Assembly (NCBI RefSeq): GCF_006345805.1
Contig: NC_043002.1
Span: forward strand, 60,512,001 to 60,576,000
Reading direction: 5' to 3'
From: Octopus sinensis
Lineage: Eukaryota
Length of the DNA stretch: 64,000 bases
A program made the translations under genes and the position numbers. Positions 24,901 through 37,090 of the stretch are shown in pieces (within the stretch, counting starts at the first letter, position 1; every line of letters starts with the position of its first letter). The notes under the pieces were generated by a model. It ran no database searches. It worked only from the letters and a program-made list of their open reading frames with translations, and was not told where the DNA came from.

Positions 24901-25594
24901 ATTATCGTTTCCGTTGCTGTCACTCTCATGGTGTCTTGATTTGGTTTTATAATCCCTATTACATTGAGCGTATTCTATGTAATATGCATTTCGTACCAGA
25001 TACCCCTATTTAACCGATGTGGAACCAATTAATAATTTTTCTATTAATAATTTGTCTATTACACAGCACTGTTTTATGCGTTCAGAAAGCGTCGATTAGC
25101 ACAGAGTGTGCTTCTATATTTAACGTCCAGCATTCATGTTGCCCCCGCTTCCAGATTTACATATATATTTAGAGAATTATTTCTCTATTTCTTATTCATA
25201 TAGATTTTCATCTTTCCTCATTGATACGTCAATTTATGACAATTTACTTTACCACATATCCCTAACAGCAATAAATGGTCAATTTGAATAATTCTGTCTG
25301 CGTCTCAAGATATACTATTTTATGCTTCCTTTCGCATTCTCGGTGACGTGTGGAGTGCTTTTGTTTACCATTTCTTTTTTTTCCTCTTCTTCTTCTTCTT
25401 CTTCTTCTTCTTCTTCTTCTTCTCTGGCAGGAAATCACAACGACCTCGAGCCCACTAGAGTAAAAATAAGAGAGACAGAGACAGGCAGAAACAACGAAAA
25501 TGCCCCTTATATTTGAATACTATTCAGATATACTTTTTAAAAACTTTTGATCATTTATTTCCAATATTTAATTGTTTTCCATGCTTAGAGATGA

Positions 25595-26018
25595 AAAAGT
25601 CAATAAAGCCACCTTCATCTTCAGCAACTGCTTCTATATGAGATCTAAATCATCTACATGCTCGAATCAAGTGACTTTGGTTCATTTTGGACAACACTCT
25701 GACTATGGCGGCGTTAAAAAATCTTCGGTGTTCTGGGTGTACCCATTGACCTCTCTCTGAACAACGCTCAACTTTCAATAGTCCAGTGGATTGAGATCTG
25801 TGGAACTAAGAGGGACAAATGTTAGGGGTTATGTGATCATGAAAAATTTCAGCCATCCATTCCTGTGCTACTAGAGCCATGTGTGATAGTGCATAGTCTT
25901 ACTGAAACGCATATGGCCTCCCATTGCATACACTGTCTAACCAGGACTTAATAGTTATATCCAGGACCTCAATGTGAGCGGCTGAGTTAACTTTAAGGTC
26001 GCGTGGAAAGAAGAAACC
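25595..26018 (-). mobile_element. Tc1/mariner (DD37D maT-like) transposase remnant, second family
   Basis: FFPRDLKVNSAAHIEVL..KSWLDSVCNGRPYAFQ*D.A.SH..QEWMAE.FHDHITPNI..RACR.FRSHIEAVAEDEGGFID. Confidence 0.85.
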
Positions 26019-26304
26019 AGTGCTTAACTGTTTTTATGATAAAATTATTTTAGCATTTTCTAAATTTACTTATATATATATATATACATACATATATATA
26101 TTTATATACATTCATAGGTATAAATATATAGTTACATACACACCCAAACAAACACACACACATACACACACACATGCACACACACACACATTTTAGCAGA
26201 GTTTCGGCAAAGAGGAAAACGATAAATATGACTGACGGCGTTATAACATTTACACTGCTAGAAATAAGAGCTAAAGGACACTGTTACTGCCATCAAGGCG
26301 CATA

Positions 26305-26446
26305 CATGCTGGCAGCGGCCGCAGATGGCCGAAAATTGGTGATCTGTGCCGACCCTTCGGACAATGCTTCGGCTTAAAGCTGAAAACCTATGGTAAAGGG
26401 ATATCACAATCGCCATTTTCAGCCGTGTACGGCCGCTGCCAGCGTG
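26305..26446. mobile_element. 142-bp MITE with about 40-bp imperfect TIRs and TA flanks
   Basis: TA|CATGCTGGCAGCGGCCG..GGCCGAAAATTGGTGAT ... ATCGCCATTTTCAGCCGTGTACGGCCGCTGCCAGCGTG|TA. Confidence 0.8.
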
Positions 26447-26460
26447 TATATATACAATTT

Positions 26461-26495
<35 letters not shown>

Positions 26496-27489
26496 AAATT
26501 CTAAATTAGGGTATCTACGAGATGCCACCATGCTGAAAATAGCAGCTATGACCACTGACCACTTGATATACATATATATATACATATATATATATATATG
26601 TGTGTGTGGTGTGTGTGTGTGTGTGTATGTATTTCTTTACGTAGCTATCCATTTCTCTCTGTCTCTCTCTCTCTCTTTACTAGTGATTTTGCCTTCAATC
26701 TATTTCACTGGATTTTCAATTCCTACGAATATGTGTGTGTGTGTGGCTGGGTGTGTGCCTGGGCTGATAGAAATTCCGTATTTCTCGATTTGTATTTGTG
26801 TGTAGGTGTTTCGATTTTTGAAGATTTTTCGTTAAGAATTTGTATGACTTCGGCTTCTATACAATTTTAGTGTTTTACGAATTGGAAAAGAAATAAAGTT
26901 TTTGATTTCCATCAAAAATTTATTATTGGGATCACATTTCGTTTCAGTTAAATTGCACAACAATGTTTTTTTTTTTATTCCTGATTTTACATTTAGATGC
27001 GATTTCTCAATTTTATAACAATTTTATTTTCAAGTCTCTATTTATTTCTGCAATAAATAGAAATATAATACTGATTCTATCTAAAATCTTATCTTCAGCG
27101 AAGAAAATAAAATTTGGAACTTATTTTGCTTCCGTTATTTTGTATTCCAAATTATATTACTGGATTTTATTTTAATCGTGAAATTAATTTTTTTCTTAAA
27201 TATCGTGATAAGAAGAATATAAACTTATTTCACTCATTTTTTCACAAGTCAACTATTTAATTATTTGTTTTTTTATCTTCCTGGATATCGCTGATTGTTA
27301 TACAAATACATATAATCAATACAATATGCACCTCTCAAAATCACGTATACGCACACATTTATATATATATATTCATATTTATGTGTGTGTTTGTGTGTGC
27401 GTCTGTGCATACATGCACAGAAACGACTTGCATAAACTTATATACATACATATATGCATACATATATATGTATGGGCATATATATGTAC

Positions 27490-27558
<69 letters not shown>

Positions 27559-27562
27559 ATTT

Positions 27563-27755
27563 CACCGCGTGTGTATCGTGTGTACCGTCTTCCCTCTCGT
27601 TGGACCTTTCGTTTTTCTATGTTTTTGACGAAGAGCTCCGCTCGAAACGTTAAATCCTCCTTTTTTCTTTCCTTTCCTGAGCGTCCAATTGCACTATACT
27701 TGTTTCACGTCCTCCCGTTGTTGTGTCTTCTCTTTGTTCATGGTTGTATTAACTA
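27563..27755 (+). mobile_element. Family P1 hammerhead-bearing element (C3>U copy)
   Basis: gttt-TTGACGA-a-GAGC(tcc)GCTC-GAAA-cg-TT-aaat at 27621-27655; followed by (TA)n. Confidence 0.8.
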
Positions 27756-27758
27756 CGT

Positions 27759-27814
<56 letters not shown>

Positions 27815-27939
27815 TATATGCATACATATATACATACATATATATATACATACATACATACTACATACATACATACATACATACATACATACATACATAC
27901 ATACATACATACATGCATACATAAACTGGCAATTCCTCT

Positions 27940-28232
27940 CTTACAAGGAGCAGTGTACCAGTCGATTTTATCACATGCAAGAAAAAATAACGTTTCAAGT
28001 GGATGAATACTCCACTAACACCCGTAACCTGAATGTAGATCTCAGAGAAATTCAACGTGACGCACAATCTAGAGAAATACGGGTGCTACCCTATTCATTT
28101 TCGCCAGCTGAGTGGACTGGACTCGGGCAGTATGAAATAAAATTCCTCACTGAAAAACACAATGCAGCAACATTTATCGAAACTCATGAACTTCCGGTTT
28201 TGAAACGAAAAACCTAGTCACTAAGCCACGCA
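27940..28232 (-). mobile_element. Degenerate CORE-type SINE with tail 1
   Basis: Minus strand reads GCGTGGCTTAGTG..CAGTCCACTCAGCTGGCGAAAATG; the tail matches 35095-35170. Confidence 0.65.
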
Positions 28233-28321
28233 CTTTCTTCTATCCATCTTTGCATTCGTATGTTTGCACACACACACACACATATACACACAGAGATACA
28301 CTCACATACACATGTACTTAC

Positions 28322-28748
28322 ATAAAATGTAAGCACGATAGACCTGATATAATAATTTGGGTTAGAGGAGAGAAACTGTACACAGTCGTGGAAATTCGTT
28401 GCCCATGGGATGTTAATATAAAGATGAAGATCACTGAAAAAAAGAATACATACGCCGAACTATTGAGAAATCTGCAATTACTCTATCCAGATTCCAAGTT
28501 CAGGTTTATACTTGTAATTACTGGGGCCCTGGGATATGTAATACACTGCCTAAATACCAATTTTGAGAAATTAGGATTCTCAAAACCAGAAAGGAGAAAG
28601 CTGATTCGAAGGCTACAGATCCACTCCATCACTGGAGCTGTAAAAAGTCTGTAAAACCTTCCAGAAGATTATCATTTAAGTATATATGCGCATGTCTCGG
28701 TATGCAACTATATGCATGAAAATACATATACAAAACATATAAATCTAC

Positions 28749-28760
<12 letters not shown>
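28322..28760 (+). mobile_element. RLE-type LINE 3' end (CRE/HERO-like) between (CA)n/(TACA)n tracts
   Basis: KCKHDRPDIIIW..VVEIRCPWDVNI..EKKNTYAELLRNLQLLYP..ITGALGY..KLIRRLQIHSITG, frameshifted near the end; the UTR runs into (CA)n. Confidence 0.82.
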
Positions 28761-28795
<35 letters not shown>

Positions 28796-29524
28796 CATAC
28801 ATATATTCACATACGTATTCACACATACACATACAACGTATCGCGTAATTATTCGGACGAAAGGCGGCATCTTTGTGTTTACACAACTTGCTAGGAACAG
28901 CTGCGAATCCATTATTAAACATCACAAGAAGATAAAAGTCCTGAATGATTAAGTGTAGTACTACATACGCTTTGCTGAAAACTATATTCAATTATTAGTT
29001 GTCTGAAGGCTCTTTTGCTGCTACAACATCAATCATACAACCAGCAGTATCGCAACAACAGCAACAATTATAAAACCTGTATATTTCTTTCATATTTATG
29101 AATTTATTTATAAGTTCATTTACGTTGTCAGTGCACTGTATCTCACAAAGGACATTAAGCCAATAATAAACACACCAATAGGTTTTAGTTCATTTCTTTA
29201 TCGTTTTTTTTTTGACAATTGGGTGAAAATTTAACCAATTAATTAATCGATAGTTTTGAATAACCGCTTGATCACTCAATCACAGAATGCTTGTCAACGC
29301 CCTTTCGTCGCCATTCGCAACTTCATCAATGACACACCTTCATTATTCAATGTCTACTTACCAACAAAATGGAAGAACAAAATCTTTTCGACCTTTTTAT
29401 GAGTAAATACAACTATTTTCATACAGATACACTTAAGGAATAAAATAAATGCACTCCGGTCTTATTTTCCTTTACATCAATTCGTAATATGATATAATGC
29501 ACCGATTGATCTGCTGAGAGTTGT

Positions 29525-29880
29525 TGGTATCAAGTTTTGGCACAGGAATTGCAAGTTAAGGATCAGGTTTAAATCGAGTTTATCGACCCCAAATCTTAAA
29601 AAGGACAAAGGCAAAAATAGACCTCGGCGGAGTTTGAAACTTAGTACGTAAAGACAGACCAAATACCTATTTCTTTACTACCTACAAGGGGCTAAACACA
29701 GAGAGGACAAACAAGGACAGACACACGGATTAAGTCGATTACATCGACCCCAGTGCATAACTGGTACTTATTTAATCGACCCCGAAAGAATGAAAGGCAA
29801 AGTCGACCTCGGCGGAATTTGAACGGCAGACCAAATACTGCTAAGCTTTTTACCCAGCGTGCTAACGCTTCTGCCTGCTA
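29525..29880 (-). mobile_element. SINE family B with two internal units
   Basis: Reverse complement of the 4503-5075 architecture (two GTCGACCTCGGCGGA.TTTGAA blocks). Confidence 0.8.
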
Positions 29881-30689
29881 TTCTGGTCCATACTAATAAG
29901 ATCATGTCCAGAAGTGGCTAGTCGAAACACTTTGTCTGCCAGCTTCTTTATTATGTATGACTGCACGCGCGCGCACACACACACACACACACAAACACAC
30001 ACATACACATACGAACGCACGCACGCAGTCACAGAATTATGCATATACACACGTAAAAGACTTATGAATCACCCTGGTCAGTCGGAACTTATTTGGAAAA
30101 AGGCCCAATGTTTCCAACGTGCTCAATTCAATTTTCCCGATATGTGAAACTTAGTGCTAGTTTTTTCCTGTTCCGTATCTATGTTAAGGTTATACCTATC
30201 TGTGGTATCTCAATCTCATACTCTCATTTTCAGCTTCCTCTAAATCTGTAACATGAATGTTTTTATCACCAACAGGGTTCGCAACTATTCGAACCCTGCT
30301 TTAATTCAACAGTGCAACGCATAAACTACATTTTACATACAAGTCATTTAAACACGTACTGCAGGTAATATATTACCCTATCACAACATCCACATATGCC
30401 ATCACCATTAAATATATTGTAAGGGGTATCCACAGCTCCTAGAATAGAGATTAGAAGGTCCTTCTGTTTTCCATGGTTTTTTTTCTCAATGACGATTTTC
30501 AGAAGCTTAATATTGACACAATTTGATCATTCACATGGAGGGGAATCTGGGAAAGAAAAAAATTCCTAAGCTTATCTGACCAACCAATCGTTGGTGTGTC
30601 CGAGCATTTAAATTTTGCATAGATGGAACGAATATTTCTTGCCGCTTTGTAAAGCAACGAACGAGAAGAAAATTTAGCACAACGGGCAA

Positions 30690-30860
30690 AATGCGTTGCG
30701 GCGTTTCGTCCATTTTTACCTTCCCAGTTCAAATTCAACCGAGGTCGACATTCCTTTCATTATTTCGGGTTCAATAAAATAACTACCAGATGAAAACTGA
30801 GGGATTATTTAATAGACTCCGCACCCCCACTAGATTTGCAGGAATTGTGGAAAAATTTGA
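30690..30860 (+). mobile_element. SINE family B, single-unit degenerate copy
   Basis: GAAATGCGTTGCGGCGTTTCGTC..GTTCAAATTC..GAGGTCGAC..CGGGTTCAATAAAATAACTACCAG. Confidence 0.7.
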
Positions 30861-31038
30861 ATGCAGCAGTCGTTGCTGTATTGATTGATGAATAATATCG
30901 TTTTGATTCATAGGGCATACAGAGCTTGATATAGGTCCGGTCTCTCATTTAGAAGGAATAAAATCGATATGAATTTTATCACCATTGTGTAAGATCAGTT
31001 ACACAGGGAGAAGAAAAGAAACAAATATTAAAAAGTCA

Positions 31039-31235
31039 AAATTAATGCTTATATTAGCGTAATTATTTAAAATGCGCCCTCATAGTTATCATGTCCAAAA
31101 AGCAATAGAAATTTCTTGTGCATGACCCCCCCCCCCAAACAAAAATAATTAATGCTTATATTGCCGTAATTATCTAAAATGGGCCCTCATAATTATCATG
31201 TCAAAAAAAATGCAACAGGACTTTCTTATGAAGGA
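31039..31235. repeat. Diverged tandem duplication (period about 107 bp)
   Basis: AATTAATGCTTATATT.CGTAATTAT.TAAAATG.GCCCTCATA.TTATCATGTC.AAAAA occurs twice. Confidence 0.8.
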
Positions 31236-31380
31236 CCTCCATCATTATACACACATTGATATGCTATACATTTAGACACCTGCATGTTGTAGAATGTAGC
31301 AAAATATTTTTGATGTACAAGACAAAACCTCTTGACATATTTATTGAATAGCGAATAATAATAATAATAATAATAATAAC

Positions 31381-31435
<55 letters not shown>

Positions 31436-32282
31436 TTTAATAATATTTAATTAAACCAATTCCTAAGCGAAATTAATCCGTATGAGAGGAGAAATAGCCC
31501 TAGGGGTATTCATCTCAACTATTACATTCTGCTCACGTTTAGCTCTAACGCTTTCAATCAACATACTGCGAACGATCGATAGAGCATATGTGCTGCTAAT
31601 TGAACTTACATAATTAGCAGCCAATCATCTCTGAAATCACAAACTACTGAACATAAACAAACATAAAATGTTTATTGGTTAATACAATTCAGTAATAGAG
31701 TATGATGACAGATCTGCTGGTGCGTGGCTAATTTAGAGCAGCAACAACAGTTAAGAGAAGAATAAATTAGATCATAAATCACAAAGGGTGCCTATCGATT
31801 ACTATTTTATCTTCATCCGCTGATGCATGTTTTAGTCGTTGGATTGCGGCCAAACTGGGGCAGGGGCCTTGATGGTTTTAGTCGAACAAATTGACCCTAG
31901 TGCGTAGTTTTTTTTTCCTCTTGTAAGTCTGGTACTTATACTATCGGCGTCTTTTGCTAAGTTACGGGGATGCAAACACGCCAACACCGATTCTCAAACG
32001 ATTGTGGGGATAAACCAAAAACAAACACATACATATAAACAGACAAGCACGCACATATACACATACACACACACATACATATACAAATAGATAGATTATG
32101 TGTTAATTCACCTCTCTCGAAACCTGGTCCTTGCCTTGATCCGAAGTATATTATGGACCGTGCATTTAGTACAATGTACGTTCCTTCATTAGCCTCGGGA
32201 CTTTTGATGTACTCAGTCGGGTACAGTTAATCGTAAATATAGCCTAAATATTTTCCCGCATGTAGGTGATGTACAGGTATTA

Positions 32283-32526
32283 TATATTAAAAGAATTAAG
32301 GTATTCAGAAATCTGGATGGTTTTATATTTACAGATTTTATTAATATGACACATGTTTTTATAAATCATATATTAGAGCTTCCATCGACTCTAATAGATT
32401 CTCCAGAGCGAATCTACTAGAGTAGATGGAAGCGCTTATATATGATATCTGAAAACATGTGACGTATTAATAAAAATCTGTAAATATAAAACGATCCACA
32501 TTTCTGAGTACATTACTTCTAATATA
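32283..32526. repeat. Fold-back element, arms about 118 bp (imperfect), 8-nt loop
   Basis: Centre AGATTC-tccagagc-GAATCT. The left arm is homologous to the unfolded copy at 44645-44720. Confidence 0.8.
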
Positions 32527-32531
32527 AATAC

Positions 32532-32599
<68 letters not shown>

Positions 32600-32637
32600 G
32601 TGTGTGTGTGTGTATATATATATATATTATATATATA

Positions 32638-32730
<93 letters not shown>

Positions 32731-32732
<2 letters not shown>

Positions 32733-32849
32733 TTATTTTATAGAAGGAGCTTCTACAGGACTAGAACTGTTTCAATCAAATGAAATCATGATGATTTCAT
32801 TTGAATGAAACAGTTCTAATCCTGTAGAAGCTCCTTCTATAAAATAAAT
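32731..32849. repeat. Near-perfect hairpin, 58-bp arms, 3-nt loop, 2 mismatches
   Basis: ATTTATTTTATAGAAGGAGCTTCTACAGG..AAATCA-tga-TGATTT..CCTGTAGAAGCTCCTTCTATAAAATAAAT; abuts (TA)n. Confidence 0.92.
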
Positions 32850-32914
32850 TAATTTACTCTGCCATGTATTGAGTACCTTATTTACTGTGGTTAACCCCGA
32901 CTCAACCCGGGACC

Positions 32915-32951
<37 letters not shown>

Positions 32952-33010
32952 GTGTGGTGTGTGTGTGTGTGTGTGGTGTGTGTGTGTATGATATAAATAT
33001 ATATATATAT

Positions 33011-33303
33011 ATATATGAAAAAATAAGTCAAATTAGAAAATGCTAGAATAATTTTATAAAGAACATTTCAGACTGTAACGATTAAATAATTAAATTAGAA
33101 AAATTAAAAGAAATGTTTTTTTAAGGAATATTTGTATAGTGTTCAAATATAAGTGGCATTTTCCTTGTTTCTGCCTTGCTCTGTCTCTCAAGAGACATTT
33201 CTTTTAATTTTTCTAAATTTAATTATTTAATCGTTACAGTCTGAAATGTTCTTTATAAAATTATTCTAGCATTTTCTATTTTAACTTATTTTTTCATATA
33301 TAT
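33011..33303. repeat. Fold-back element, arms about 105 bp, 79-nt spacer
   Basis: 33011-33115 is the reverse complement of 33195-33303. An unfolded relative lies at 37483-37700. Confidence 0.9.
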
Positions 33304-33666
33304 CAACTCGTGTGTTCCTTTTCATCCTTATACATATATATATATATATATATACATACACACGCACAGATAAAGATAGGTATGGCCGACTTATGGGGTT
33401 ACCCTGTGTTTCGAGGCCATAACGCGCTTAACCTTAGACTCTCTATAACGCGCTTAACCTACGGCCTCTCTATATTTATACAGACATTACGGGTTTCCAC
33501 CACACAGTTTTCTTCTACCAAATTACATCACAAGGCATTGATCAGCCCACTGTTATTGTAGAATGCAGTTATTCACTTTTCAAAGTTGCTGCGTAGAAAT
33601 ACTGAAATGGAAACCACATAATTACAAAGCCAGCATTTTACCTTACAACTGTATATGTCAGTGACA

Positions 33667-34340
33667 GCACTGTCCGTTCGAGGTAAGCTCTGCAGAAACG
33701 GTTCAAAGAACACCGGACTCACCTGCCTGAGATGCAGTCAGAGCGGCGAAGCCGTTTTGCGCGCACTTTGAAAATGTCCAACCGTTTCAGACCTGTGGGA
33801 CGAATTCGGTTGTCAGCCGAGTCTATCGTGAATATTGCCTCGCCACCTTCCTTTAACCGGGAAGGCACGTCAGTTTTCATTGAACTGGTGGCTATGGTGA
33901 AGGAATATATATGGTATTCTCGTTTGAAAGGTTTAGAGACAAACACTTTCTTCTCTGGCCAACGTTTCATCAACCTTTTCAAGTATTACTTGAAAAGGAA
34001 GGTGAGGATAAAGAGGGAAGTTTTGTCTAATGCAAATTTTAACAAAAGGTGGGCGAATGTGGCAAAAAGAGAAAGAGCCCTTTACTCTCATGTTAATTTT
34101 TTGTTCCTTTCCGAGGTTACCGTGGTCCTTTTTCGAGGCTTTTCTTTCCACAGATACACCTAGTCAATTTTATATTTACTCTTCTTTTTGGGAACTCCAA
34201 TTCTTAAAAACGACACTTTTATTATTTCCTTGTGTACACGCCCCGAAACGTTTTCGATCCCTTTTGATCATTTTCGAAAAGAAAAACTCTACATTTTATT
34301 GTTCCTTTTGTGTTCGGTCCCGCGTGGCTAATAAAGAAAT
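33667..34340 (+). mobile_element. L1/Tx1-clade LINE 3' end (ORF2 C-terminal Cys motif + 3'UTR + AATAAA)
   Basis: ALSVRGKL..TCLRCSQSGEAVLRAL*KCP (decayed CX2C..H..C), a frameshift, then RIRLSAESIV..VKEYIWYSRLKG..KYYLKRKVR..FNKRWANVA; ends CGTGGCTAATAAAG. Confidence 0.8.
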
Positions 34341-34840
34341 ATATTTATACTGTAGATAGCATAAAACAAAGAACAGCGTTGCAAACAGTTATTCTTATAA
34401 AATTTTGGTTTCTAAATATAAGGTAATTCTACGTTCAAAGCCGAAAAATTAATATAATCCAATAATATTAGATTAAATAATAAAAGTAGAAAGAAGGAAA
34501 TTTTTTCAAAGACAGACTTAAGGATATTTACGAGTTAATGAACAAGCCAGAGAACACAACACGGAAAGAAAAGAAATGTCTTAACAAAGAATTATATAGA
34601 AAAATTAGATTAATATTTGAAACAACACAAGGTACTAAAAATAGTCTGTGAAACCCATAGTGTTTAAGTAATGAATTATGGGAATAATTCTTGCAGTACT
34701 ATGTGTTTAAAACCACTCGCAGGCAGAAAATATAATATTATAAATTTATTCAGAGAATATTCCGTATGAACCGCTTTGTTATTATAATATCTTCGCTATA
34801 CAATAGCCGTAGTTAAACGACTATAATAACCAGTGTGTAC

Positions 34841-35227
34841 GTGCAATGGTCCAGTGGTTAGGGCAGCTGACTCGCGGTCGTAGGTTCGCGGTTACGATTC
34901 TGAGAGCGGGCGTTGTGAGTGTTTATTGAGCGAAAACACCTAAAGCACCACGAGGCTCCGACAAGGTGGCGGGGTGGGTGGGGGTGAACCCTGCTATGTT
35001 CTTTCACCACAACTTTCTCTCACTCATTCTTCCTGTTTCTTTTGTACCTGTAATTCAAAAGGGCCAGCCTTGTCACACACTGTGTCATGCTGAATCTCCC
35101 CGAGCACTAAGATTAGGATGCACATGTCTGTGGAGTACTCAGCCACTTGCACGTTAATTTCACGAGCAGGCTGTTCCGTCGATCGGATCAACTGGAACAC
35201 TCGTCCTCGTAAACGACGGAGTGCAAC
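34841..35227 (+). mobile_element. tRNA-derived SINE family C with tail 1
   Basis: GCAATGGTCCAGTGGTTAGGGCAGC.GACTCGCGGTCGTAGG.TCGCGGTT.CGATTC head, then TGAGCGAAAACACCTAAAGC body. Confidence 0.85.
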
Positions 35228-35317
35228 GGTAATAATCTGTAATTGGTAAAAAGAAATTAGTACAAATAAGTATACATTTACATTTGACGAATGTAGTAGT
35301 AGTAGTAGTAGTAGTAA

Positions 35318-35520
35318 CATTGAAAAAGTACCTTAGGAATGAAAACCCAGGTTCGAAATTTCCGCAACAAGACACCTTTTGATGGCCGGAGGGTATATCA
35401 GCCTAAAGGTCGTGTTAACAACAAACAAGACGAGGACAAATATCGATCAAATGTAAATAATGTAAAGAAAGTAAATAACGGTCATAATGTACGTAATTCC
35501 TCATCTCTTTAATACAGAAC
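35318..35520 (+). mobile_element. Hammerhead module family P3, degenerate copy
   Basis: TACCTTAGGAATGAAAACCCAGGTTCGAAATTTCC..ACACC..GATG..GGAGGGTATATCAGCC; homologous to 55735 and 57849; preceded by (GTA)n. Confidence 0.75.
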
Positions 35521-35918
35521 TGAAATACGTATAAAGTATGAAAAAGACTACATCATGTCTCCGTGAATATGAAGTGTCACAAAAATAATGCTCTTGTTCT
35601 AGTTTCAATGCTGAGAAACAAGGAAAGTAGACATGGACAGAAAAAAAGGCACAAAAAATACACTCACATATATATGTATGTAATAATCATGAAAATTAGA
35701 TAATCACCAATATATATCAGGGTTAATCTTCTTGAGAACGTTATGGGGATAGAGACCTCAAGCCTCTCCACCATAGGGTTATATCCGAAGCTACCATCAC
35801 AGAGGGTATTCCCGAATAAACACTGCAAAGCTAAAACATAAGAAAAAAAAAATCGCTCGCTCGTGTGTGTTGTGCGTTTGTTTGTGTTTGTTTCTGAGTG
35901 CCTATGTGTCATCTCATA

Positions 35919-36011
<93 letters not shown>

Positions 36012-36196
36012 GGGAGAATTCACGAAAAAAAAATCAAAAGATGAAAACAAGTGGTGTAGAAAACAAAGAGGTGTATTAGTATAATGCTCGGGAATAGGAA
36101 AAGTCTTTTACGTTTCGAGCCTACGCTCTTCCACAGAAGGGAATACGGAAACAAACAAGGAGAGAAAAAAATGTGGGTAGTGGCTACCGATCTATC
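36012..36196 (-). mobile_element. Family P2 hammerhead-bearing element
   Basis: Minus-strand motif 36105-36140: cctt-CTGTGGA-a-GAGC(gtag)GCTC-GAAA-cg-TA-aaag. Confidence 0.75.
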
Positions 36197-36236
36197 TATC
36201 TATCTATTTAAAGAAAAACATTTTTTAATTATGAGT

Positions 36237-36433
36237 ATAATTATAATTAGGTTTCAGCAAAAATTTGCTTCACCACAAACCGAAATTTAGAAATAGCAGT
36301 TAAGACTAACTATTTCTCTATCATAAGAAAATCTCCCAGACAACATGTTAGAGAAATAGTTAGTTTTAACTGCTATTTCTAAATTTCGGCATGCAGTGAA
36401 GAAGATTTTTTGCTGAACCCTAATTATAATTAT
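36237..36433. repeat. Fold-back element, arms about 84 bp, 28-nt spacer
   Basis: ..CCGAAATTTAGAAATAGCAGTTAAGACTAACTATTTCTCTA / TAGAGAAATAGTTAGTTTTAACTGCTATTTCTAAATTTCGG.. Confidence 0.88.
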
Positions 36434-36527
36434 ATGTAATTTTTTTTTTGTTTTTTTTTTTTGAGTTTACCGATAATTGTTCTTTTAACATACCGAACTA
36501 CTTGGTAAAATTATATACCCTTTATTA

Positions 36528-36570
<43 letters not shown>

Positions 36571-36759
36571 AACACACACATGCATGCATTCTCGTATTCA
36601 CATATGCTTTGACCGCGTTATGTATATTCGGGGATTACGTGCAAGTTGATCCTCTGTCCTATACTGTGCTGATTGTTTGAATCCACCGACTTATACACAT
36701 ACATACACTTTGAAATAAAACTGAACAACGACATACGTTCATATTCTTTTACACTATTT

Positions 36760-37090
36760 TGCCTTACAGCCCAAACGCTGTGGCCATACTGGGGCACCAC
36801 CACTGATATCACCTTTTCAATGGCCATTATTTTCTGATTGAAGGAGAACATACATGGTCTTCATACTAAAATGCATAGCCGGGACATATGAAACAGCGCA
36901 GCGACGCCCAGTTCGGCGGCTGGGATTTCTCGCGATGCTGAAATTTGGTGCTAACCCTTCCAAGATCTTCCATATGTATATCATTGCATATCTCTCCCGT
37001 CTTCGATCCTGGGAGTAGAGCTGTCGTGTTTTCAGTCCCTCCCAGTAGATTAGCTGTTCCACTAATGCAATGTTTCTGGTGTAGCACAAG
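36760..37090 (-). mobile_element. CR1-like LINE fragment (RT C-terminus, internally deleted) with 3' tail
   Basis: YTRNIA..LIYWEGLK..LYSQDRRRERYAMIYIWKILEGLAPNF; tail GGTGCCCCAGTATGGCCACAGCGTTTGGGCTG. Confidence 0.85.

Noticed and set aside
23499-25219. 18-bp identity AGATTTTCATCTTTCCTC at 23499 and 25202, both after acceptor-like sequence (duplicated exons?)
   Set aside because: Similarity does not extend and the downstream frames are not homologous; may be chance or old repeat debris.
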